Positions 25,496 to 37,045 of a DNA stretch of 64,000 bases are shown one piece after another (the first letter of the stretch is position 1; each line of letters begins with the position of its first letter). Source of the DNA: Marsupella aquatica (lineage: Eukaryota > Plantae > Marchantiophyta); the NCBI GenBank assembly GCA_973895155.1, contig OZ316898.1, positions 1,056,751 through 1,120,750 of the forward strand, given 5' to 3'. The notes beneath the pieces are model-generated. The model saw only the letters and a program-made list of their open reading frames with translations, was not told the origin of the DNA and did not search any database. Both the position numbers and the translations under genes were made by a program.

Positions 25496-25954
25496 TTAGA
25501 CATTTGCTACAGACTTTACAATCAGGAGAATCAAGCCCAGGATCAAAGCCAGTGTCAAAATTCTGGCAATCCACTTCCGTATCTTTCTGTGTCTTCGGGC
25601 AATTTCTTCTTCCTCTGGATCAGTGGTAGGTGCAGTGTTCTCGCTGGGTCGACGTCCCTGCTCATTTCTCTCACCATCGCCTTGATTGGCAGGCAGGTCC
25701 AGTATCTTCGTGGCTTGATGATGCAGTGTCCTCACCCGTTCAGACGTGGAGGGCACAGGGTCGCACTGCTCGCGCTGATTTTCATTGTTTGTACTTGAAC
25801 TACCGGATGGATTCTGCACGGTTTTTCTGTCATGTGTGTCGACCGCAGCAGCCATCAATTCCTGAATTTCATTGGGAGGAACATCTCGACTCTCCACAGC
25901 GGCTATTATTGCGAAGAGTTCGTCAATCTCATCTATGTATGTCCGATCAGCCAT
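25496..25954 (-). CDS. P2: 152-aa tail-anchored orphan with a syntaxin-derived C-terminal anchor
   Basis: Intact ORF with AAGATGG start context. C-terminus IARRHRKIRKWIARILTLALILGLILLIVKSVANV* aligns with syntaxin IAKKHQRNSRKWTCIAIILILILILIVLLPILHSLKVF*. Its 3' flank is homologous to the syntaxin 3' UTR. Confidence 0.65.
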   Translation of the reverse strand: MADRTYIDEIDELFAIIAAVESRDVPPNEIQELMAAAVDTHDRKTVQNPSGSSSTNNENQREQCDPVPSTSERVRTLHHQATKILDLPANQGDGERNEQGRRPSENTAPTTDPEEEEIARRHRKIRKWIARILTLALILGLILLIVKSVANV

Positions 25955-27299
25955 CTTCGGTACAAGTTGAACGAAAGGGGCATCAATTCAGGAATTTCAT
26001 CGGGAGTAACATCTCGACTCTCAACGGTGGCCATAACTGCGAAGAGTTGGTCAATCTCATTTTTTGTATGTCCGATCAGCCATCTTCGATATTGGAACGA
26101 AAGGAAAATGGCTCGGTGGGCAAACTCGTTGACGGAGACTGGCTGACGACTTCAACCTCCGCTTTAGATGTCTAGCTCTAGTTACGAGAAGAATTAAATT
26201 AAGGGTCGATATAAGTATATATGCTGTCCAACAGAAGTCTTGCAGGTTGGCAAGGATTGCAAACATCGACCCTGCGCCAAGGCCAGTCTGTTTCTAATTT
26301 TCTCGGCTGTCCTAAGTGTAAAAAACATTCATCCAGCTGGCTGGCGATCGAAAGTTTGATTAAGGTGAACATTAACACTTCCAGTCTCCTCCACTCGAAG
26401 TGACTCACTCACAATTCAGCTACACAAATGGCAGTTGAATTTAGGTTTCCTACCAGGATAAGTTCATTTGAGCAGCTCGTTCACTGCAACGTCAAATATT
26501 AACGAAGGAAGGAAGACGAGTGAAGGAAGAGTGGGAAGGTCTACAGTCTCGATGATTACCGAAGTTTTCTCGCAGGTGAACCAGACGACCGGAGAACGAC
26601 ACATGTCTTGCGGAAAACAAAAGGCCGGGCGACGGGTGAGAACAGTAAGTGGAATCGAACTCGCTTTGGAATTACGAGAACAAGATCTGGAAGTTCAGAA
26701 GCCTGAAGATCCAGAAGCCTAAGATCCGCTGCCTAGCTGACTACTGTACTCAGAAAGGGTAGTCGTTGGAACTAACTGTATATACTAATAACTGGTATCA
26801 ATCCAAGACATTAGAGTAATTCACAAGAATAGCAAGGATTTAACTTCCACTTCCTGCTGCAATTGATCAAAGACGCTGCACAAGGTACACTGATCACTGG
26901 GCGGTTCTCAATTAGAATTGAGATAGAAGTTCCATTTTGAAAGTAAAACAGAATATGCACTTTCGATTTTAATGTCAATCGATGTGAATCGACAGATGCA
27001 GTTCATTGTGCAGACATGAGTACTCAGCGAGAGAATGAATATTGAATGCTCTGCTGAACTCTTTACTGATCGAGAGAGTATATTGAACATTCTGTGCCCT
27101 ACTTAAGAAGAGAGCAAAAGGGGCGCAGACCGAGATTCAAAACCGGCCACCTCAGTTTGATTTCCAACGGCCAAATGGCGCTAGTGATTGGACACAAGTA
27201 GAACTGGTAGGGTAAACCTAGGCTGATAAACAGTCAGAAAGAGAAAATCTACTGTAGAGATTAGCAACTCGTACTGCCAGATTGCCAGTGTTCTGGATC

Positions 27300-27900
27300 T
27301 ATCAGAACTGGAGCAAAAAGACAAGAAGTCTGGCGGCCATAGATTCTGTCAAGCAAGAGAAAGTCTTGAAACTGCAGGATCTTCCTCTCACAATAGATTA
27401 CAGGCAGGCTTATCTGAAAGATATTAGCATCATATTGACGTCATAATGACCATTCCAGATAAGATCTGGGCCCTTGCCCGGGACATAAAGGAATTAGACC
27501 TCTTTCACAGGAATTGTTTGGGATCATAATGTCTGCGTACTTGTCCTTGCACGTCCAGAGATGTTGCAGTTGAGGCAACAGCTCCTTCAAAGTCCCATCC
27601 GTTTCAGCATTCTAGCTTGTCAAAGAGTTTGGAGCTGACAAGTGATGCACCGAGATGATGCACTTGCCTAATAGATGCCGGAAGTGCTCCAACATTTCTG
27701 TTCAGGTTCAGATTTAATCTCTAGTGTCACTCAAAATCCATGGCCCTAGAGCATCACACGCAGGCGGTTAAATGATATGCTCCTTGGCTCTTCTTCTCAC
27801 GTGCTTCTCTATCGCTTCTAAGCATCGCCTTCTTTTTCACCGCCAAAAGTTGACATTCGCCTTGACTCCTACCATATCAATTTGGTTTCGATTGTTCTGC
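27300..27900 (-). pseudogene. decayed coding remnant, family not recognised
   Basis: One frame reads CLEAIEKHVRRRAKEHII*...TEMLEHFRHLLGKC...ETDGTLKELLPQLQHLWTCKDKYADIMIP...IFQISLPVIYCERKILQFQDFLLLDRIYGRQ with scattered stops. Confidence 0.3.
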
Positions 27901-30394
27901 TGTGTGGGCTTCGTTTGCTCGAAAAGAAAAGTCTACTGATTAATTAAGAATGGTACAGATTTGTTGCTGACGACAGAAAGAAAATGAAGCCAGTGACCTG
28001 TATGTCTAGCAACGAACTTTCCACAAAGTTCTTACCGCCCACGTATGTACAGCTACAGAGCTTCAGTTGATGCTCAAGCTTCACACAATGGCTAGTCCTT
28101 GTCTGCCATGAATGGTAGATGATGTCTGGAGGTTTCATAGAATTGATATATCTGGCGAACAGTCGACCCCAGAGAACCCACGTAACGATCGTCAAAGTAC
28201 TAACTTCGAGTCTAGCTAGTATATGACAAACGAAATGCTAAGTTGTAGCTAGTCGATGAAAGCCACGGTTCCCCAACCGCAGAGTTGATACTAAAGAGGC
28301 CGATGAACGGATGAGTCGGAGACCTACCGCGTACAGATTCACTGATCGAGTCCTAAACTTTATACTGGCAATACCTGAAATGATGATCGATGCTGGTATA
28401 TATGTGATATGTTTATCGCTCGGTAGCTTGTACATACGTAGGCGGTAAACATGGATGAATTGGGATATTTCAAACCTGGACAAACATCACAAAGTAAAAA
28501 TGTGCTCAAACAGTGAATTTGTTAAGGGACACCTTGGGTAGTAGGATTGTTTTATTGAACTTTTCGAGAACCTACAGATGAAATGGCTTTGAATCGAATG
28601 GCCTAAGTACTGACTAATTATACCGCGAGTTGACTCGTACTTGTTGGACTTTGGAAAACCCAACGGGTTACAATGTATAGCCCGAGTCAGTCAGGTTACC
28701 ACGTACGCATCCAGGGAACTGGCCGGTCCCAGCAAATTAAAGCTTCTTCAGTTGCATGCTTCAGTGAGCATAGTTCTGTAGACAATGTCCACTGAATGCT
28801 AAATTGAAGTGGAGCCATCCTCCACATACCCGAGTATATACATCGCGAGTAGTTGTCACATCAAGCACCATCGGGCATCGCCCCAGTCCATGATCGACTA
28901 AGCGAGTAGGGTCTACAGGAGTACTTCAAGACCAGGATTCAAATCATTTGGACTTAATTATGACAAGTACAGAGTCGATCTGACCTAGCTTTCAAATGGT
29001 AAGGTAACTTGATACCTCATCGGTATTTCCCGTATGCATGAGACGTGGCCCCCACTATGTCGCCGTCCTCCAACACAGAAGAATCCCGGTCGCCGAGTTG
29101 AAATTCTCATTGGGGAGTTAAAGATAGATATTGAGTCTAGGAGACAAACAGTTTGACGAAACTGCATAATTGGAGTCTTGGCATGATTAGATTTTGCGAG
29201 GTTTAAACGGAGAATTCTATTTGCGTACATGTAACAATTAAAAACTAGACAGCCTTGGGTGTGAATCCAGATTATGTAACATAGCGGATCATCCAAATTA
29301 AGTTGATTGTTTCCGACCAGAAATTTGGAGCTCAATAAGTTCCTTCGTGAAAGCAAGTAAAACAGTCGCAACCACGAAGGAATGGTCCTAATGCCATGAC
29401 CGACCAAACAGGGATCAGAACTCACATAGATGCTCGCGGCTCAAAAAGTTTTCACCAAGCTCTAAGTTCGCACCTCAACATACAGTTTCGTCATGAAAGC
29501 AAGTGGACGAGAAAAAGCAGTAGCAAAACACTTACACCACGGAAATGGTACGTCATAACGCCATAACGGACCAAACAGGAATGTTCAAAACTCACAAAGA
29601 TGCTCGATCGGCAGTTTGCAGTGCGCGCCGCACCGTGAAGGAACGAACATCAGAAAACACCACTGGGACACCGCATAGGTTATATGCAAGGAGATGGAGC
29701 GGGAACCAGCCCGAGACAACGATAATTAAGAGACAGAGCAGGAGAAGAGCTCATCACAGTAAGTACCGTACGTAGCTGCTCGCTCTCTGCTCCGCTCTTG
29801 CCTCGCCCGTCGAAGTGCACGAACACACTTGAACAGGAATTTAGGTTCGCTGAATGGACCGAAGGCATGGAGAATCTTTGGCGGTATGTTAATCGAGCTT
29901 CCGAGTGGCCGGGTCCACTGAGAGAAAACAAGGGACGTAAGGAGTATGAGGACAATGTTCGGCCACGAGTATGCCTGATATGTTCCTTTTGAATTGCAAC
30001 TTAGTGGCTTCTCTGAACGGACCTTCTTGACTGGCTGAGGAGGCCGGTCGGAAGTTTAAACATACTCTAATCCAAACTTCCGACTTCAGAGATAATCCTG
30101 ACTTCTCGAGGTAGAGCAGTATTTGATTAGTTCTGAGTTGTGGCCGAAGCTTTTGAATCTGGATGCCGGGATTGTGAAAGGATGACCTTTCTTGACTAAC
30201 CCTATCGTCTATCTGCTACTCAATGTGTGCTGTAGTTCCTAAAAATGTCAAAAGCATGATTCGTCCATTTTCCAGGCTTAACATCAACCTTCCGATCGAT
30301 CCCTCTCTCCACGAATTGCTTGTAAGCTTCAGACCGCTTTCGGAAGTAAATGTATAGCAACAGTCTTGAAGCCCATTCAACTAATGGCCGCGGC

Positions 30395-31295
30395 CGACAT
30401 TGGTGCACTCGGTAGCGGAAGACACTGTACGTAGCTAGTCCTCTTTCTGCTGCTTCACTTTTGCATCAGGGAGAAGAGGTACCAAATACTCCCCTTGCGC
30501 GCTTCACTATTGTCGAAAACTAGTCGAATTAAATCCAAGTCAACGGCAAGCCATGGATGCTACATATGTGGAGTAACTACTAAAGGAGATCACGACTGGC
30601 ATACCTATCCGCGCTTGAGATTTTCTCCTTCTCCGACTTCACTTTTGCATCGATCATCGATCTAGATGCCGAGCTGGATGTTCAGCTGCTACACCGCGGT
30701 CCGATCCAAACGAGTCACGTATGAGTCTCGATACAGCTCACGTATGGCGAATCACAAATATTTGGACCTGGACGGGAAGAAAAACGGATGATGGTGAATT
30801 GTATGAAGGCAAAGCAGAATATGGGTATACCGATTCCCGAGGGCGACATCGGTGCACTCGGTAGCGGAAGATACTGTACGTAGCTAGTTCTCTTTCTGCT
30901 GCTTCACTTTTGCATCAGGGAGAAGAGGTACCAAATACTCCCCTTGCGCGCTTCATTGTTGTCGAAAACTCGTTGAATTACATCCAGGCAAGGCAAAGAC
31001 GTCAACGGCAAGCCATGGATGCTACTTATGTGGAGTAACTACTGAAGGAGATCACGACTGGCATACCTATCCGCGCTTGAGATTTTCTCCTTCTCCGACT
31101 TTACCTTTGCATCGATCATCGAGATGCCGAGCTGGATGTTTCAGCTGCTACACCGCGGTCCAAACGAGTCACGTATGAGTCTCGATACAGCTCACGTCTG
31201 GCGAATCGCAGATATTTGGACCTGGACAGGAAGAAAAACGGTAGATGGTGAATTTTATGACGGCAAAGCAGACTATGCGTGTACTGATTCCCGAG
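30395..31295. repeat. tandem duplication, ~450-bp unit x2
   Basis: CGACAT.GGTGCACTCGGTAGCGGAAGA.ACTGTACGTAGCTAGT starts at ~30395 and ~30844; the copies are colinear with small indels. Confidence 0.92.
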
Positions 31296-31334
31296 CGTAG
31301 CGAAAACTAGCTTACCGACGAACCCGCTCAAGAC

Positions 31335-31845
31335 AAACATGCGATGATGAACCTAGACCAAGTATCAACAACGCAGAAATAGATTTCGATGCAATGGAGG
31401 TGGATGAACACACCTGAGCACGTAGCAACAACGCAGAAATAGATTTCGATACAATTGAGGTGGATGAACAAGACCTGAGCAAGTAGCAACAACGACAACG
31501 CAGAAATATGTTTCGATGCAATGGAGGTGGATGAACACGACCTGAGCAAATAGCAACAACTCAGAAATATGTTTCGATGCAATGGAGGTAGATGAACACA
31601 TGCAAAACTAGATTTTGATGCAATGGAGGTGGATTATCACGACCTGAGCAAGTAGCAACAGCACAGAAATATGCTTCGATGCAATGGAGGTGGATGAACG
31701 TAACACATGCGATGATGAACCTAGATCAAGTATTAACAACGCAGAAATAGATTGCGATGCAATGAAGGTGGATGAACAGGACCTGAGCAAGTAGCATGCA
31801 ACAACGCAGAAACATATTTCGATGCAGTGGAGGTCGATGAACACT
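31335..31845. repeat. ~60-bp minisatellite, ~8 units (CAACAACGCAGAAATAGATTTCGATGCAATGGAGGTGGATGAACA.GACCTGAGCAAGTAG)
   Basis: Directly visible. Individual units read NNAEIDFDAMEVDE on +, but the frame is broken by stops and shifts. Confidence 0.92.
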
Positions 31846-34800
31846 ACCGAATTGTGCCGGATCAAGCAGGACAATCGAGGCAAGGAGGATTAGACCTAGA
31901 TTTTTCCGGATCAAGCAGGCCATTCGAGGCAAGAAGGATTAGACCAAGATTTTTCATACCAAGTCAGATGGAGAGTGCAGTCGCAAAACTAGGGCCCGAT
32001 TGATAATAGACAACTGTATAATTATACGTCCGCGTACCTACCTTATACCACTAATTGGACCCGGAAGCAAGGCCAAAACACATAAATGTAAAAAAAAAAG
32101 CCAATAACGGGGGGCTATATCACAGTGCCAACTAATAAAAATGTCCACCTTGGGCTTCGAAGGGAGAAAGTAAAATGGAATGACCTCAAAGGGGACGAAG
32201 AGGCCGCCCCTCCAGCCAAGAGGGGTGGGTGTCCATCCAAGGGACTCCTAAGGGGTATTCCTAGCTGCCAAAATCTTAAAGTAGTAGGCAGGCAAGACTA
32301 TTAGGTTTAGGGTCATCCTATTGTGGTTGAGTCCTCCTTTAGGGCAGGGTTCATGGGCCAGGGGCAGGTGGGAGCACTCCCCTTACACCCCCAGGCCCAA
32401 ATATGCCTTTTGCCAAGGTGTATAGATTATTTTCAATGTATGGGTTTTGACTTTAGAGCCAGTTGAGAATACCCTATTCCTACATGGGGGCAGGGGGTAC
32501 CCTGGAGTTGAAAAGGGAGTGTGACTGAGTGAGGGAAATCACTGCAATGTCTGTACATCCCCTTAGCCCCTGGAAAACCTGTAATCTTTTTGGCTTCAAC
32601 ATTCTGACACACATCTGGACTCCTCACTCCCAGCTGAATGGAACCTTGCCCTTAATGTTATCCTTTAATGTTATCACACTAACTACCTCAATACATCAAT
32701 GTGCGTTTGTATATATAGAACATGTTGCCAAAAGATGTCTATATGCAAAATATGTTCATGCATTTTTTAATGATGCAGTGGACCAAAACAAGATGTTGCA
32801 TGAAAGACTGAGGTAGTTGTCAGTGCTTGTAAGAATGTAGTTGCGTAAAAGAGGTCATTCTACAGAAAACATTGTTGCATTAAATAAGGGTTTCAATGCG
32901 TGAAAGATGTTCTTAGGCAAAAGTTGTTATAGAGTAAATAATAAATTTATGCTGGAGAGAGTACAGTGTACGCAATGGAAAAATCCCTAGTCAACATTGA
33001 GAAGCAAAAAGAATACACACAATATTCACCGCACCCCCGCTCTCTAGAGTTATTGTAAGTTGCAAAAATGGTATTGTTGCAACAGAAATCCTTGCAGTCA
33101 AGCATTCAATGCAAAGTCAACAAATAAGTAGAGATAAATGGGTCTGCTAAGGCAAGACTTAAAAATATTCTTGGAAGAAGATTAGGGTCTTTTAAGCCAG
33201 TTTTGAGTCTTGTAAGAACATTAGTATCCTTTCAACAATATTCCAATAACATTACAACAATGCAGGGGTAAAAATAAAATAAAAAATTCTCTTACATTTT
33301 GGGGGAGCCAAGGCTTCAAATGTCACAACCTGTGATGGTAATACCTTAAACAGTTTTACATAATGATATATACCCTTGAGGTTCATTGTGTTCCTACAAG
33401 AGTAATTGAAGTCCTAGTACCAGTTCCACCAATAAAGCTTTGTAGAGAACAACAAGGCATCAGCAGCAAGAGAATTTTTACGGAAATTTTTCAATCTTAC
33501 GCAGAAAAAGTGGAACACCAACTTTTTTCAAATTTTGTTCTTTAACATACTTAGCCAACCTTCTAGGTTTAATTACTATTTGAAGACATGTACCCAGGCG
33601 GCCTAATATACAAGAGTTGAATACCAGGGCTTTGGAGAGGTCAAGATGGTGCCTTTGCTGCCAGGAGTATCCTCCTCCTGCAAACACTGCTGTGAAAGAC
33701 AAAGTAACTTTACTTAGAGTTTCATCAGGGTCCATCCAGAAATCATTCAATTTCAATATGGCCTAACATGTTAAGAACCGTTCAGAAATAGAAAAATTGA
33801 AGAATATTTCTGGTGAGATGGCTTCCAGCCACCCCTAACAATACCCATTTTGGTGGTTGAAAACAAGTATTTTGAACAAGCTACTGAGTGAGATCCAGCC
33901 ACCCCTACCAATACCCGTTTTGGTGGTTGAAAACAAGTATCTTGAACAAGCTACTGAGTGAGGGACTGATGTTTTTATTAAGAAGGTCCTTGCACGCAGG
34001 GTGAAGTAACTTCTGCTTCATTAAAAAGAATTTAAACTTCTGCTTTCAAAGTTTTTTTCCACAGTGGAATTTCATGAGCAGGACCCTTTTATTGAAGTTG
34101 AAAGTAACTCCACTTCTTTTTGCCACTTAGAAGGTTTGTTCAAAATTCTGGTTTCCATTAATCACATGCATGCCAAAACAATTAAGATGAGCTTTTCTCA
34201 CTGGAGTAAACACTATCCCACTTTTTGGCCTGTACCCAACAGAAATGTGTCAATTTCCCTCATTTCTTGTTGTTTTAGGTCTTCATAACTTTCCTTTTCC
34301 TTAGCCAAATTCTCTCAATCAGATGTTGTCAGGTTGAGCAATTAGGGAAGCTTTGCATTCCACCCTTGCAAGCTTTTTCCCATCAAGCAATGAAAAGTTT
34401 GAATTGAGAAAATTTGCATAGTCAGTTTGCTGGTAACAAAGGACAACTCCTCAATAGTTTGACTCTAAGATGAACCTTGTTTGGTGGATTCACCTTATAA
34501 TTTGTTTTCTATTACCCAATCATGCTACCACCCCTCCTAAACCAACTTATTTCAAATGACAGAACTGGAAGTTGAAAAGGACAAATATGTATTGATACTT
34601 GGTGGATGATGAATCATGTGATGATCGATGTGGCACATTTGAATGGTTATTTTGCTACTTTCAAGTACTTCCTAAAATGAACAAAACCCCAAGTTACATG
34701 AGCAATCCATGGATACTGTTCAATGACATTCAATGAGATGATTTTAATCCTCCACATATGATCAAACTACCTACTGATAGTTTAAATGCCACCTCAGGAG

Positions 34801-35979
34801 AGAACATCCTCAAGTTGGCGATTTGTTTCCCGGTTTGTTTGTGCCTACCTGCCTAAGATCTTTTCTGTAATGCCCACCCATTAGATTTGTGCCTAACTTG
34901 TCCAAAACGTTGCCCTGAAGGTCCAACCACAATCCAAACTAGACAAATTAACTTCTAAACCAAAAACAATTCCAAGTAGCAAAACTCTGAGTCAAAAATA
35001 GATAAAGTATCATTCATAAGTTACTAAAAAGTAAAGTGCTTGTGAAAGTTTCCATTCGATCACCACTAATCTTTTTTCCAGTCAGTGCGAGTCCAGAACT
35101 TTGATTGGCTCAGCCTTGAACAAAAGTATTGCATGCAGTAATCATATACTCTCAAAACATTAATTTCAATTATTTATATTGAAATATGTGATCATTCTTT
35201 ACTAAGTGACAACCCAAGAAAAAAAAACACCAAGAGGAGAGAGTATTCCAAAGGCAAAAGACCCATTAAGAGGGAAAAGGCAAAATACCCATTAAGGGGG
35301 CCTGGAGGAAGGCGGAGAGACCCCAATAAGACCCATCAAGAGGCCTCACCTTTCTTCTTTTAATAGTGAACGGAATACTTTAATTATAAGTCAAGTAAAA
35401 CCTAAGTAAAACCCAATAAAACAAGGAAAGAACAGGCCAGACCCCAAACCAGGTCACAGACCTCAAGCCTCCTCAAGGACCAAACACATCCACTTTTAAT
35501 GGTGAAAGGAATACTTTAATTATAAGTCAGTAAAACCCAATAAAACAGGGAATAAACAAGCCAGACCCCAAACCTGGTCACAGACCAAAAGCCTCGCAAG
35601 GACCAAACACATTCAGTCAAGTAGGCCCCACCTTTCCAAGAGTAGTAGAGTAGCCCTAAACTCCCAAATGGATAAACCCTGAAGTGGCAATAGGCTCCAC
35701 AACGAAGAAACCCTGAACTGGCAATAGGTCGGAACTCGGAAGTACAGGAGCGAGGCCGAATGTTTGGACAGCGGTGCCTTTTCTGGATTTACTCTTGCAA
35801 CGTGGCAACCACCCTTGTGAGCCGCCAATTCCGGTCCGGACATACAACAATTCGCGATTAGCTGATGTCACAACCTCATGCCCAGCCTCAGCGCCCAGCT
35901 TCTCCACCAACACTCTCACAGCTTTGGATTCGGGGAGGGGTTTTGTTCGTTCTATTATTTAAGGCCTTAGTTTTGACCT

Positions 35980-36900
35980 CTCTCTCCATCACTTCGCTCG
36001 CTGCATTGGTTTCAGGATTGTGCCTGTGAGTTGAAGCGGATGATCGTAGTCCTTGATTCGGAGAGTGTTTGTAATTGTATCTCAAACCCTTCTCTGGCTG
36101 TGTGACACTTCTCTGGCTGCATTGGGTTCCGAGTGTGACACTTCTCTGGCTGCATTGGGTTCCGAGTGTGCCTGTAAGTAGACGATGGAAGTGCTCGATT
36201 CGGAGTTGTTTTATAATTCTATCAAAAGCCTTCGTGCTGTCCTCTTTCCAGCACTTCGCTCGCTGCATTGTGTTCGAATTGTGCCTGTGAGTTGAAGCGG
36301 ATGATCGTAGTTCACGACCGAAGTGCTCGATTCGGAGTTGTTTTATAATTCTATCTAAAGCCTTTGTGTTGTCCTCTTTCCAGCACTTCGCTCGCTGCAT
36401 TGTCTTCGAATTGTGCCTGTGAGTTGAAGCGGATGATCGTAGTCCTCGATTCGGAGTGTGTTTGTAATTCTATCTCAAACACTTCTCTGGCTGCATTGGG
36501 TTCCGAGTGTGCTTGTAAGTTGACAATGGAAGTACGTGCTCCATTCGGAGATGTTTTGTATTCTATCTAAAGCCTTCTTGTTGACCTCTTTCCAGCACTT
36601 CGCTCGCTGCATTGTGTTCGAATTGTGCCTGTGAGTTGAAGCGGATGATCGTAGTCCTCGATTCGGATATTATTTTCTGTAATTCTATCTAGGGCCTTAG
36701 TGTTGACCTCTCTCAAGCACTGCTCTCGATGCATTGGGTTCCTAGTGTGCCTGTGATCGAGTCGACGATAAAACTTCTAGATTCGGAGACTGTTTTTGTA
36801 AATCTATGTAAGGCCTTGGTATTGACTTGTCTCCAGCACTTCTCTAGCAGCATTGGGTTCGGAGTATGTCTGTGAGTAGAAGCGGAAGCTCGTAGTCTCT
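35980..36900. repeat. higher-order minisatellite (~90-130-bp A/B monomers, ~8 units) upstream of Q3
   Basis: Recurring GCACTTCGCTCGCTGCATTGTGTTCGAATTGTGCCTGTGAGTTGAAGCGGATGATCGTAGTCCTCGATTCGGA (A) and CACTTCTCTGGCTGCATTGGGTTCCGAGTGTGCCTGTAAGT (B). Confidence 0.93.
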
Positions 36901-37045
36901 TTCTCGTGTTGCATCTGAGAGAAGAGCAGCTCAAAGCTCTACTTGATTCGTTGTATCCGAACTTATCGCAGACTTGTATCTAGAACACCGCCGTGTAGTG
37001 TGTGCGAACTATCGACCGGCAAGGCGGTACGGTCAACAACGGGTG

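Noticed and set aside
31335-31845. Repeated MEVD peptide resembling the Hsp90 TPR-binding MEEVD
   Set aside because: Units are interrupted by stops and frameshifts, and the motif is not C-terminal.
35980-36900. CRISPR-like appearance of the repeat arrays (also 50390-51480 and 31335-31845)
   Set aside because: The intervening sequences are themselves homologous, not unique spacers. There are no cas genes and the context is eukaryotic.
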